DNA of 64,000 nucleotides, from positions 620,001-684,000 of the forward strand of contig NW_002060965.1 in the NCBI RefSeq assembly GCF_000150275.1, given 5' to 3'. This stretch comes from Trichoplax adhaerens (lineage: Eukaryota > Animalia > Placozoa). A program made the translations under genes and the position numbers. Below the pieces are notes generated by a model that was not told where the DNA came from, made no database searches, and worked only from the letters and a program-made list of their open reading frames with translations. The number at the start of each line of letters is the position of its first letter. Positions within the stretch are counted from its first letter, which is position 1. Shown here piece after piece: positions 25,101-39,223 of this stretch.

Positions 25101-28100
25101 TAAAGATTTACGACGTGTTTATTAACCTAAGCTTACCCATGGTTGGATTAAAATTGGAACCATTGATACATTGATACAACTACAAATGTACAAAGTTTAT
25201 AAGGAACAGTTAAAAATAGGATATTTAATTTAAACAAATTATTATTGCTGAAAACGCTATGTAACATCCTAGGAAATCGTCCTTGTCAAATTGCTATCCT
25301 ACCGGTATTGATTGAGTAGAAATCTTAAAATTAGAGGGTTTTTATGAATCCTTTTCGGTATCAAAACTTAAATAGCACTAATAGCAATGGATGGCTAAAG
25401 GCATTTATTAATGAACGCCTAATTCTTGATAAAGTATAGTACAGAGTTCTTCTATTCGTACCGTAATAAGCTAACTTGCTTCCTATAACATGCAATACAA
25501 CCACGAAATATCTTCGTATTGTGGAGATCTTATAATACAGTCATCTTAAATTGCGATGATTAGGTATTGTATTCTGTGAAAGGATCTTCGCGACTGCGAA
25601 AGGTTAGTTTTAATATTGTAAAATTTCGTAGTGTGGAAATGTGCTTGCAAATCTTATTAATATGAAAAGACATGGAAGAAAAGCAATCGATGATTTCCTT
25701 TCTATATAAGAATAATATTCTAGTATCGTGCTTTTTCAAATATCTTTGCAGTCGCTAAAATGACTATTTTACTTAGAATCTTAATTACAGGAATATATAT
25801 CTATTTGGCTAGCTATCCCTTTTGAAATTTTAATGCTAGTATCAAGTTCTTCATGAATGTAGTAATTATTTTAAGAATTTTTCACGAATACTAATCATAC
25901 GGCATCTGAATCCATAAACTAACCTTGATATTACTGAGTGAGAACAATCTATTAAGCCGCCCATGACGAAAGCATGTACTTTCGTCGGATAATTCAGCCA
26001 AAATTTCATCTGTATTTAATTCAATTAAAGAGAATCGTCAATTTATTATAGTTGCTCGTATTCTTCGCGATTAATGATTTAGTCTTATGCTCGCCTATGA
26101 CAAACTGATGCATAATAAAACATGCTAGCAATATTTCCATGTAAGGAATAGAGCTCTACTCATTCAAACTAATTTGTACCTGAGATCATTGGTCGAATAT
26201 CAGTTATTCTTGGATCAAGCAACTTTGATTGCAAAGTCATTCGATCAAATATGGAGCAATGATTGCCACTAAAATCTTGAATTACGCCTTCACGCCACTG
26301 CCTGATCTCGCTTAGATAGAATAATACTTTGCAGCCCAATAATGCACGGTCTCCTAAGATAATTTAAACGAAGACGTTGCAATCATAAAAATCCTACCCA
26401 TTATCAACTATGTTAATAATAGCATGAAACTGATTCTGATATATTTAATCTCTTAAATTATCAAGCATGTCCATTGCAGCAATAAAATAGATTCTAATCG
26501 AGCTAATCTCGTAGATCAATGATAAGAATTAGATTAGTAAAAATTGATTCCGAACATAATATTTTGACTGCAACTATGAAGCTAATTACAGTTATGCTAA
26601 TCTCACAGGTTATCGATGATATTAATTAACTACGGTATAGAATAAAAACAATTCCTATCACGTTAATGATCTGATAGATCATTAACATTGTTATTTGCAG
26701 TAATAGAATTAACGTCGACTATGCAAGATCCATAGATCTTCATGATATTAATCATGGCGGTAAAACTAATACTGATCATATTAATCCCTTAGATTCTAGC
26801 TATTAACGATATCGATTACGAGGATAAATCTGATTTCGATCACACCAAACTCAGATTAATTATCAATGGTACGAATTAAAATAAGAAAAACTGATTCGAG
26901 TTATCTCTTCAGTCACTCTAATAACATTAATTACAGCAGTAAAACTGTCTCCCATCGCGCTAAATGATCGTCAAGGATATTACTGTAGTATCCTTGATTC
27001 GGTCATGTTAGTTTCTTTGATTAACAAAGATACTCTAGAATCTAGACTATCGACGGTAGGAACTAGAACGGTAAAATCGATTCAGTTCAGGCTAATTCCT
27101 AATTATCGACGATATTAATTAACTATAATAATAAAACTAAATCTAAATGCACTAATCTCATATCCGTGCGATGCAATTATAATTATTAATACGAATTACT
27201 TCAGTAAAACTGATTTCCATCATATCGGTCTCATAAATTGTAATTAAGGCAATAAATACTAATTCTGATTCTGATCGTACCAATTTCATAAATTACTAAC
27301 TAGATAAAAGACAGCCAAGAAATGACGTAGTTACTGCATGATGGACTACAGCATTTTATGCCACGAGTATCGTGATATAGGGTCGAATATAAGTATATTA
27401 TGAAAAATATTCTTACGTTGTAGTATTAGATATTTGCTTTTCTTCTCAAGGAACCAATGCATAATCGCCCGTTGAATATCTACGAGGCAGTTAAGCTCCC
27501 CATTACTACCACAGTAAGGTCTTTGATAAGGTACCACATGAGCATAAGAATTTGCTAATGGTTGAACAATAACTTGGTTATCATCTTGGTCAAAGTGAAA
27601 TCGATCGACAAGAGGATAGAAAACCTGTTAAAAATGAACTCTGATCAATAATAATAATCAAAAATAATGCAAATAATATAAACCCATAATAAGATCGATC
27701 TTGCACAGCTGATCTATCTCTGCCTTTTAATTACTCTTGTACTTTATAACTTGAAGTAAAATAATACAGTGATACCAATCATGCCAATTCTCATAGTTAG
27801 ATTCTTTTAAAGTTCTAGTATGTCTGCATGTTATGTCTTATACTGCGATCAGTAACTGTTAATCATTACTATAAAAATGCTACTGATCAATAAACACTTT
27901 ACTACCACTATTCAATGTCTGTAATAGCATACTAAAAGATGCAGTATTCAAAGCGCATAGGGTACTAGTATAGTTTTTACTAAAATAAACTGTAGCGGCC
28001 AGTAAAAAGATGTTCATCACTGTGCAAATTATAGGGCTCTAAAATAATCGTTTATGCATTAGTTATGGTTAATAATTAAATATAAATTGTTGTTATTCTA

Positions 28101-31100
28101 TTTGCTACAGCTTAATTTTAACTAATTACGGTAGCTAAGAATAAAGCTAGTAAGTTATCGTGCAAATTGTATACCTTTAAACTAATCATTAACTGTGGCT
28201 AATATTTAGCTACAAATGATATATTGCTGTTATATTCATTGTAGGAATTGCCACCTGACTCTCATAAATTATAGTATAACTTTCGATAAAAATTTGTCAG
28301 TTAATGTGCTAATTATAGAGCTCCGAAATAATTATTTGCACACTAATTACAACGAATAATTAGTCTGAAATTGTATCATCTCTTCATGTGCTTACAGCTT
28401 GATTTTAATAAATTACCGCTGTATCGATTAATAAGTGTAGGCTTCCATGTAAATTGTAGACGTCAAGACTAATCACTTACACTTTAATTAATTATTGATT
28501 GTAATTAGCTGTAAATCGCACGTTCCATTCATTGTAAGTATTCGCATCTATATTTATAACAAATTATAGTACAACTTCGATAAAAAGTCTCCAGTTATTG
28601 TGCAAATCATATCGCTCTAAAATAATCTTGTGTACACTGATTAAATCTAATAATAATTAGCTAGAAATTGTGCCGTCTTCTCTTCACTACGAAATGAGCA
28701 TACATGCAGCTTGATGTCAATAAACTATGGTTGTACTGATAAAAAATTGTCAGCTCTCATGCAAATTTTAGCCTTCTAAACGAATCATTTACATATTAAT
28801 TATAGGCAACAAATTAGTTACAAATCGCGTATTCTATTTATTGCAGGCATTTGCGTCTAAATTTATAATAAATTATTGTGCAACTATGGAATAAGGCTAT
28901 CAGTTATTGTGGAAATTGGTCGTCTCTAAACTGATCCTTTGTACATTATTGAAAGCGAATCAATAGCTACGAATCCTATCTGTTACAACTTGATTTTGTC
29001 AGTAAACGGTAAATTCTATGATATACAGTCTAGATAGTCTTAATAACCAACGTATTAAATCAATATCTTACTGTTATCTTTTTTCTCTTGAAAAATTCTA
29101 CATTAAAACTACACTGCTACATATCAGCTCGTACACTAGGTAATGGCGATTAATTATAATCATCATCAATGACGATTTTAAGTCGATAGTATGCTAGCTT
29201 GTATACGAGGTGGTCGTGATTAATTATATATAATTATCATCAATGATAAATTTTAAGTCGACAATATACTGTACTGACTTGTATAATTGATACTGTAAAA
29301 TGGTTGCAATGTCAGAGGATTTGAAAACCCCACTTGGCTAGTAATCTAATTAAAAGCTATTTTATGAGACCGATAAACTAACACCAGCATAAATAATACG
29401 TTCATAATAGAAATTCTATAATTAGAAAAATGCTACTTTCATGGCCTTGTGTTATGTCTATTATGTATGGGATTACATTGCACCAAAGATTAAAAAATAG
29501 ATATATTGACAGCATTGATGGAATAAAGTACAGGAAAGGGTATTTGGATGCTTTTTCAATTCTTAAAAATATTATCATGTTCTGTTCATAGCCAACTAAA
29601 TTAATTAATTCATTTATTCTTAATATATTAAACTATTCCTCTTTCCCTATGATACTGTGCAATATAAAACCAGAGTAAATCATTTCAGAACCTTACGATT
29701 TTAAAGTGTCTGCTGAAAAAATATATTCAGTAACTGTAAACTACACTCATAATTTTATTTTTAAGTCTCTTTAGGATAGACTCTCACAGCTGATGAATCT
29801 ATTTACGCCTGTGATAAATCTAGCGGAAAAGATGCTTTACTGAAATAGACAAATAGCTAAAATAAAATTGTGCTAATACAATGAGTGATAGTCGACGAGT
29901 TGTAGTAAGCATAAAATTACGCCTAGGTGATAAAGTACATTGAAGGGTTTTCGAGCGCTATTTTAATAGTTTAAAGGGACTAGTATGCTTTAACATCACC
30001 CTTTTTCACGTTATACCAATATCGAATTTTTCATGTAAGATCACTCCAAAGTAATCGTGCATAGATTAATTATTCATGGTATAAAAAAATTAATATCGCA
30101 GCAAGCAATTACCCAAACTTACAATAACAGGTGAATCGTTATAAAGAGCCAGGTAATCTTCGACCATAACAGCATTTAAACTTTCTTGTGAACAGTAAGC
30201 TTGGTCCATGTTGATATTCATTGTCCTGGTTTCATTATTTGGAAGTTCGACCAAAAATTGGTTAGGAGTCGTCTAATGAAGAACAGCAGTTGATAGTGAA
30301 GAAAAAAATGATAAACTATCAGCCTAAACTATAACTTATAGTTAATTTTCATAACATGGATAGAAGTTAAGCATAGAAACTAGGAAGGTACTGACAAATT
30401 ATATTACATACGCCTGAATGATATGTGAATGCAGTGCAACAAGAATATTGAACAGCAGTACTTTTCAGAAAGATTCTGAAATTTAGTCCGGATAGTAATT
30501 ATAGGTAGACTTTAGACCTTGGTAGATTAGCATAAAGTAATATACTAAATTGCAATGGATTACATAAGTAAATACTGTACTTTGTGGTAATAACAATAAA
30601 GATTTCTTTCTAGTTAAATACTGTATTATTCAATTTTTACTATAACAGAGTCAGTAAAGTATGTAATATTAAATGTAAATCATTATTATTAGGTAGTAAC
30701 GATCATGCAATTTTCTTTCGAAATTTTAGACTTCAAAAAAGTACTTAAAATATTTTAATATATCAGCTGGTAATAAAGTCAGATGGTGAGGGCTAATAAT
30801 GAACGACTAAAATGCAATTTGTCTCCTTTCAATGCCATTATCCTCATTGCTATGCCTGAAGTTGTTTGAACAATCTATATAGCCATTTCTCCTTGATTCT
30901 GGATAACTAACAAATTTCGATGGTAGCTGGTACACATTCTTGCCTATCTTGAAGGCATTGAATTTATTGTATGCTGCTGTTTACTCAGTAATCATATTAA
31001 CAAGACGTTAAAACTTCTATAATCTAGTATAAGTGACTACGAGACAAATGTGTTGTTTTCTCTCAATTTTTAACCCTATAATCAAAGTTGTCTGCATTTA

Positions 31101-32517
31101 AAATAAACTCAATTCAATTGAAATATATGCACATACTACATGTAAGCGTTATAGGTCCTACATGCAATATATAATGTCAAGTATTAATTAATGTGCCTTT
31201 ATAAATTTTTTTAATATAGTTACTTGAAAGTAAAAAATTTTAAGTAAATTGAATTAATAAAATTCGTTTTACTTAAGTACAGTAATATTTTGTTTCGAGC
31301 AGCCATAAAAATTAATGTTGAACGTAAATCAATATTATTTTAACGCTGAACTAAAGCCTACTATAGTAAATTGATGTAAAAGAATTGAGATAATAGTTAA
31401 TATCTCTATAAAATTAGCATAGTAAGTTGGATTTAAGAATTTTTGAAGGAAATCAATGTTAGCGATATTGTATGATAAATATAATCTAACATGTTGCATA
31501 AATCATAACTTAGTACCAATCCTACTTTAATCATTGTTTCAATTTTTATAATCTATGTATAATATTGGCTAATAATAAGGTATCAATAGTATTAAGCTTA
31601 TCTTTAATTATGGTAATGAATTACCCTTCTTTAGCAGGTTTAACTCTGTAGATTAGGTAGCTATAATAAGATTTATTTTGAAGCAACGACAAGCAACTAT
31701 GCATTGCTACATATTTGAATGCAATATTCGGAGGGCCTAATCATTAGTAATCGACGGTCGATAAAAGGATTTATCATTTTGCAAATTTATTTAGAGCTGA
31801 GCGTGCAAATGTTTGATGTATTTTCCCTTCAAAGTAATTGGTTATTGCAAAGGTTAAGAAATCTTCGTGTAATGATAGTGTACTTCTATATAGTATCATA
31901 GTGTTTATCCTAGCATTCGTTAATAATAGTAATCACAAAAGTGATATTTAGCTAGCTGCTATTTTATCGTAAATTCAAGCTGGCTAACGACTTGAATGAA
32001 ACTAAGATTGTTTGCTGTGGTAGAGAAAGTAGACGATATTTAATTTCTAACCATGACTTTACTGGTTTATACATGGTATGTTATTGCATTTTATGTGTTC
32101 GAATAGTTGTGTTGGCCTTCGTATATTAAAAGAATGCTATAATTAATTATACGAATATTCTACGTATCCATGGTCTTGTAGATACTGTATAACTTTAGAT
32201 CAACACTAGGCTGATTTCTCTACTATCCGAGACAAGAAATGGTGTTTATATATACTGGACTATTATTGCTGATTAGATATATTAATTATTGGCCTACGAA
32301 AGATAAACGGTTATAGTGCTACGTATGATAACATTTAATTTAACAACTAACTAACGGTCGATAGCTCGATTACCTTAGAAGATTCATTTTGAAATTGACA
32401 GCTGCGAATAACAGCAGATTTCCATTGGATATCAGACCATTGATGAACTTGCTTATCTTGACCTAGAGGAGCATATAAAATTTCCCGGCCTGGTAGAATT
32501 TCTTCTGATAAATCCAT
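19193..32517 (-). CDS. KDM3: KDM3/JMJD1-family JmjC histone H3K9 demethylase, multi-exon
   Basis: First exons are 32517-32374 ([12 protein letters not shown]...WKSAVIRS), 30272-30123, ~27624-27417 and ~26353-26180, followed by a large low-complexity exon at ~24956-23768. The C6 zinc finger reads [31 protein letters not shown]. JmjC motifs are [66 protein letters not shown] and [16 protein letters not shown], with the stop at 19193-19195. Fe-ligands HxD...H are intact. A few internal exons near 21.7-22.1 kb are not resolved. Confidence 0.92.
24207..24630 (-). repeat. Coding internal duplication, 201 nt (67 aa) period, about 2.1 copies, in KDM3 exon
   Basis: [36 protein letters not shown] vs [36 protein letters not shown]. 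The anchor TGATTTTTCAACAT occurs at 24330 and 24531. Confidence 0.9.
26410..27300. repeat. Degenerate ~60-bp intronic minisatellite
   Basis: An AAAACTGATTC-like anchor recurs at about 26427, 26539, 26643, 26761, 26825, 26886, 26940, 27071, 27132 and 27204, at spacings of roughly 60 or 120 bp. Confidence 0.55.
28005..28990. repeat. Degenerate ~290-bp tandem repeat (about 3.3 copies) in KDM3 intron
   Basis: A TGTGCAAATT...CTCTAAAATAATC-like anchor occurs at 28021, 28305, 28599 and 28908. A secondary anchor at 28159, 28446 and 28758 suggests a ~145-bp subunit. Confidence 0.7.
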
Positions 32518-34249
32518 GTTTTATATTTTGATGCGATGAATGAATGATCTCGTCCAATCGTCTATCCTAATTAAGATGGAGTAGGTGGACAATATAGCTC
32601 CTATCTAGCACTATTATACTATTTGCCCAAGGATATTCGAAGACTTTTGCTAAATTAACAGGTGATCATCGTAATCTAGAAAGGCGGCATAGCTTGAGCT
32701 AGTTTACAAGAACTCCTTCGGTACGTAGTCACAAACCCGATGGGGCAATTTGCCTCACCGTAAATTCTTCAATCGTGCTTCGACGAATCACTAGATCTTT
32801 ACTTATTGACCGTCTCTCTCGGCAGTACTTATAAAATCATATTCCTAACTGCATGATACACTTGCTTATTACAGTGTTAACGGCCAAGGAATATGACCTT
32901 GATTGATTGCTTTGCGAATGCTGTTATACGGCTGGACACGCCGCTTAAATCGAAAGAGATTTTGATAGCAGTCGATACAGCATAGGATAGTGTCGATTAC
33001 ATTTACATAGTATATTCTAACCTAGTGTGTTGTGTTTGGCACAGTGGACTACCTAGTTGGCATTCTTAGTCGGACGGCCAGAACTAATTATAATTATGTA
33101 TAATGAACCATACCAAGATACATACATACAGTACTAGCTTGACCAGATATTTTAGTACAGAGACTATACGGTCTCAAGTCTATCATATAGTAATGTTGTA
33201 CCATAGCTTTCGATTGCATCGTAGTTTTTGTGTATCCAGCTACAGTGTAGAAAATTTTATTTCTATAGTTTACTGTAGTCGGCTATTGCATACTCCGAGA
33301 TTCAGCAACTTATCCGCATTAATATATATGCAAGAAGACTTATTGGACTACTTCAGTCATGCCTTACAATCGGTTGCAGCGCACTAGAATTGCAAACTTG
33401 TCCCAGTCCGATTCTAATGGCGCGATTTGCGCCCACAGTTAATAAATCTCTCCCGACTAATGGATGATGAAATTTAGCATAAAATATATATATTGTAATA
33501 ATGTTCGTATTTTATAGCCATGGACTACCAAATATTATTATTTATAGCAACTAAATAATGCTGGTGGGATATGTACTCTATGACATATCCTTAAGATACT
33601 TTTTTGATTTGATGAAGTTTACGCTGACACTAGTAAATAATTCATGATCACAGTTTACCATTCAAATTAACCGGATCAGTCACTTTTAACTACGACTTTA
33701 CAATAGGGATTTAATGCACTGCAGAACTATACACCTATATTGTAGCAGTTGCATATAAAATGCAAAACTTTAGAAAGTTTGCTACCGCGTATCTAGGTCA
33801 ATGTACATTAAGCTCACGGAAAATCAAAGATCTAGGTTATAATAATATTTTTAAAATATTTATAAACTCACAAGCCAACTCTAATATTTCGCAATTACAA
33901 AATTTTATCAAATAACATATCGTTTGCGAATGTCTAATTTCAACCTCAATTTCATGAAAAGCTTGGATTCTGTGGTATTGACGTTTTCAAATTAAAACTG
34001 CTATTATTACGAGCTACTACGTTTAGACTAAGCGGCATAAAATGAAACATTATTCTATTATTCCATAAGTGCTTATTTATGTGCTGGCTCCAGCTTGACA
34101 CTATATTGTACGCGTAAATTGGATTATAGAAATCACGTAGGTTAAGAGCTATGGCATCACTTTAACAAAGCAATAGAGTTTATAAGATGTCATCTACGAA
34201 TAGATAATTGCCATTATGGTAGAATTGTATCTTTCTTCATAAAAAAATT

Positions 34250-37200
34250 CTATGACGACGATAAAAGTCTTGCAAATTCTACTAGAGTGCGTGTAGGACG
34301 ACCTGAAATAAATCGTAATCCATGATGAAAATGATTTAAATTTTTGATGATAAAATAAAATTGAACTTGAAAGTAATTCCAATACCAGCAAATTATGAAG
34401 TTTTATTATCGTAACTGACGTGAAATGAATTTGTAGCATCCTATACATACCTGTCATCCCATTGCGTAGATAAGCCGGGTAATCGCCTTCTGAAGACATG
34501 ACACCAGCTATATCGAGATGTGCCCAGCGAGAGTTTGAAACAAATTCCTAAGCAGAAGTAATGAGTTTTTTCAACCTTAATGATTCATTATATTACAGAC
34601 GTTATAGTATTAAAGCTATATTTCGATGGAAAAGAATACGATATATTAGGATTCTCAATGTTATAGTGAGGAATTTAAGTTGAGCCCTTTTCGTCCAACA
34701 AGTTTTTAGTGAATAATGTAAAATACCTTTAGAAATGCTGCTGCTGTGCAAGCTCCACCAATCCTGAAGTGATAAATTAAAAAAACAATCGATACCGTAA
34801 TTTAAACATTTACTGGGGCCGAATTCATTGACATTGTATGAGCAGAATGGCAATTTACAGATATTTAATAATTACCCTCCTGCTTTCCCAATATTTCTGA
34901 TATCGGCGACATTAGATTTAATTTGTTTAGAATATAGATCATACAACGGCATCTGCCATAAACGGTCACCACTTTTCCAGCTACACTAACGACCGATAAT
35001 TAATACGATAACGAAATATTATTGCACAAGTAATTCTTTTACACTCACGTATTACATTGAAAATATATCTTAAAATTAAGTTTTATACCTCATATAATTC
35101 TTGCCATAATTTCTTTGAATTTGTAAAAACACCTGCAGCACCTGCTCCTGTTGCCACCGCCATAGCTCCTAGAAATGTTTGATAATGGACAATAATTATA
35201 TATATACATAATTAAACATTAGAATAACAACCGAACTAAGTAACGTTAACAAATATATGTCGTTCTTTGTAACCAATATATCTATATGCTGCTCAATTTA
35301 CCGGTTAAAGTTGCAATGTCTATCAAAGTTTCAGGATTAAATTGATGAACAAAGTGCAAAGCGTCGGCAAGAATTAATCGTCCCTCTGCATCGGTATTAT
35401 CCACCTTTAAAAAATTGTAAAATCCTTCAGTTATTAATCTTATCACTAATCTTATAGACTCCCATTTGAAAGCATTAAACTCTACGGAGTATAATAACAG
35501 AATATCATTGTGACAGACACGTGCGATCATCAAATTATGTACAACGCAACCTGCTGTTATTACACCTGAATTGTTTTTCCGCTCATAGCTGTTAGAACAT
35601 CGCCAGGTTTTACTGCACTTCCAGAAGGCATATTTTCACACAACGGAATGACACCAATTATATTGAGAGGTAAATTAAGCTTTGAAGCCGCGTACAATGT
35701 TCCAATCGTGACAGCCGCGCCGCCCATATCTGCTTTCATCATGTCCATATTGGCGGCAGGTTTAATACTAATCCCACCACTACAATAGTACAAATTTATA
35801 ACTCTCTTCATTTGTAGTTATCAACATGGAAGTTAACCAGTAAGTAAATACCTGTCAAAAGTTACGCCTAAGGAAGTAATAGAGTAATACGAAAACATGA
35901 GGTTATAAGGAGGCAACAAGTATCAATAAATCCACAGTATAATCTGACATGCAACTGCTAAAAGGTAATATACCTTTTCCAACAATTGCCAAAGCGTGCT
36001 TTTCGGTACTTTGATTTCCACGGTAATTCACGACTAGAAAAACTGGAGGTTCACATGACCCCTGAGAGACTCCAAGAAATGCACGCATATTATTTTCTTC
36101 AGCCCATTCTTTATCGCTGCATTACAAAGGAATGTTTTAAAATTCTCAAAAGTACAGTATTATTTGATATTTATTTACGGAATATCAGGCTTACTAAGAT
36201 GTAATGGTAATATTATTAAATCCTGCCATGGTCTTTTCAACGGTAGAAGCAAAGATGGTTGGGGTCATTAAATTTGATGGTGAATCCATTAAGCGTCGAG
36301 CAAAATTTTGACTCTCCGCCAGAATCGAACCAAAACCCCAGTCTTTTGATATTAATTGATCACTAAAATAATTAAATATACGAATTAAAGTATTAGCTGT
36401 AAACCACGTACGAGGTATATGCTACAGTAGTCATATTTAATTTGCTTACTCCTTCATAAAATGTGTCAAGAGTAATTCAACTTTGCATTTCTTTTCTTGA
36501 TCCGATTTTAAATCATTAAAGTCATAATTAGCTAGATAGGCGCCTTCAGCAGCAGCTTGATAGGAGGAATAGTTATAAAATGTTCATAATAGTGCATAGG
36601 GATTTACTAAGATTCTCAATTTATGTCGAGGTATGAATCTTACCTTTTGCATCCCAGCACGGATCCACTTCAATAGTAGATAATTCCAGTGATTTTAGTT
36701 GCTTTACTCCACCTAAGTGCAAAACATACGCAGGAAGGATCATCATGATAGAATTTTAATAAAACAATCTAACTAAAGTAGAAAACAATTTTACTGGATA
36801 TATACAATCTCATGATAGTATAATATATAAGTAGGTAAGTTCACCTGCTATTCCAGTACGGATATTTTCCTTCTCTTCATCAATATTTTCAAGCGATTCG
36901 GAATTTTCATTTGAGCTTTCAATATTAGCAACGTAGACTGCTGGATAATCCTGTAACAGTTTTTAAAAGTGTAAATTGTGGATTAAGCGATTTAAATTTA
37001 ATTTTAATATTTATATATATATATATATGCTAACCTATATATATATATATATACGAGTATATATGTGCATGATAAAAGTAATAGATCTTAAATTCAATAA
37101 CGTAACTTTAAAATATCTTTGACGTTAGCTTATGTACACGTACTATGTTGCATGATATTACAAAAATATTATCTACTTTCAGTAGGAAGCCGTTGTGTAT

Positions 37201-37663
37201 GATAAATGACAAATTACAATTTAAATTCATGCTAGGATTAGTTAATTCTAATAATTAGAATAGAAGTGTACCTCGTCCAATCCGTAAAAAAGACTTCCTG
37301 CACCTTTATTAAAGCCGGGAGCTCTGAAATAATAGAATAATTGTATTACGTGAAATACTTAGTAGCTCATTTGTACCTTGCCAATCATACGTTTTTAGTA
37401 ACTCTGATAGTCGTCCATTAGTCTTGGTATCAAATGCTTTTGCAGCTCCTGTCAATTCTGGCTGGGTCGTTTTATCTCCGTCTTTCCGAACTGCCAGCAA
37501 TAGACCTCTGCCTGCCTATCAATACCAGATATTGCGGTCACTCATTTATAATCAATGTTGGATTAAGTATACAACCTCGAAGCATCAATTACAAGCAAGT
37601 ACATACATATCGAGTAGAAGCTGTTCCGAAAAATCGACGAATTAAACCATGGGATTTCAGCAT
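34250..37663 (-). CDS. LAP3: M17 leucyl aminopeptidase (cytosol aminopeptidase) with N-terminal mitochondrial-type presequence
   Basis: Exon 1 (37663-37607) [19 protein letters not shown], then [10 protein letters not shown]...AAKAFD...GRLSELL. Conserved motifs are [24 protein letters not shown]|VTFDS|[65 protein letters not shown] and [10 protein letters not shown]. Stop at 34250-34252. Confidence 0.95.
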
Positions 37664-39223
37664 TCTGTAAAATTTTTATCATCAATTAATTCTTTGCTCA
37701 GATCAAAGTACGAGTATCTATGTGCGTTAAAATGATAACGCAATTTATTAAGGACTTGAGATGATTGTTCGCATGTTATGCATGACAGCTAATCAAATTT
37801 CAATACTATTAAAGACACGTTAACATTCAAGGCACTTTTTTTAAGGTCCCTAAACAACTCAGTGACTGGACCTGGTACTGCCGTTGTAAGCGAAAAAGCT
37901 TCCCATTAAAAAATTGTATCAATAATACAGGTATACACTTACTGTACACGTATTGTAGATCTTTTTTTTAACAGATCCATGCAGCTTCAAGGTGCTAATG
38001 GCATCTCTTATGAAACAGTTGTACAGTACAGTATTATATATATACGTTATCTAGTCGAAATGAATTCCAATTACTGCTATCATCTTCTTTAGAAGCAGTT
38101 GCTTGAGTACACAGTAACTTGATAGTACTGCAACAAAATGAGCAGCCTACAAGGTCATCAACACTGCCGGAAGAAAATCACCACTTTTTCCCCTGCTCTA
38201 CAGCTGCAACAACAAGTATGGCAGTGCTCCAGTTTTGTTCATCGTGCAACTACTCGTACCACTTGATATGGCAGGAATAGCAATAGCACGTCAATAATTA
38301 ATACATAATACTGGATGATATTCAAGTCTAGATCTAGCATGATACAGTAATTTAACTTGATCTCGCTAAGCTTCTTGATTGCGACCAGGGTAGGCTCTAG
38401 CTCAGCGCTCTTAATGGTTGCAAATAGTAGTAAATACTGTACAACTTCAATCCAGCACAATTGAGATAGTTTATGAATCAGAACAAAATATTTCCATATA
38501 TTGGTCTGTGTGTACCCTTGATGATGACCATAAATAACGTGCTAACATCATCTATAATACTCGATGATATTCAAGTCTAGATCTAGCATGGCATGCATAC
38601 TCTGTAATCTAACTTTAGTAGATTAAGTGAAGATGAATTTTACCTTGATCTTGTTAAGCTCCTTAGAAAGCGAGGAAGGATGCTTCAAAATAATAATGGT
38701 AGCAAATGGTGGACTCCACAATCTATTGCCAGCTCGTACCCTACTGAACAGTACTGTACTATTAGTGTATACTGTAATAAGGTATACTATAGTAAGGTGA
38801 TTATGCAGCGTATTACTACGCAAATCAGTGTACGATACTGTACTGTAGCATACTGAATGTCATCATCAAGTGAGTCTGCGACGAATTTGTCACCTTCATT
38901 CTCCTCGTTGTTTTGGTCGAGCAATCACAGCATAAGTGGTGGCAAATCTACCGCTAAAGTTACTGAAAATGTCGACGAGAAACGATATAGAAGAGTTTTA
39001 GAACATTTTGGATAGACAGACCTTGGCCATTTGTAGAATACCCTTATCAATTACGTTGTTCTTGCTGGTTACAAATACGTAGAGTCTATACCAATGTACT
39101 GCGATTATTTTCAATCGGCGAGCATTTCAAAATTTCTATGGTGGATATGGGAAGTCTAGTCCACTTCAAAAAGAGCGAATAAATTTTCAATGAGACCAAT
39201 GTGATCATAGAACAATTGCTCCA

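Noticed and set aside
31719-33387. Short ORFs 31719-31901 and 33103-33387 and other 60-90-aa ORFs in introns and intergenic DNA
   Set aside because: They have no recognisable motifs or splice context and are expected by chance.
38313-38600. 28-bp direct repeat GATGATATTCAAGTCTAGATCTAGCATG at ~38314 and ~38563
   Set aside because: This is a small local duplication with no TIR, TSD or coding evidence, which is not enough to call an element.
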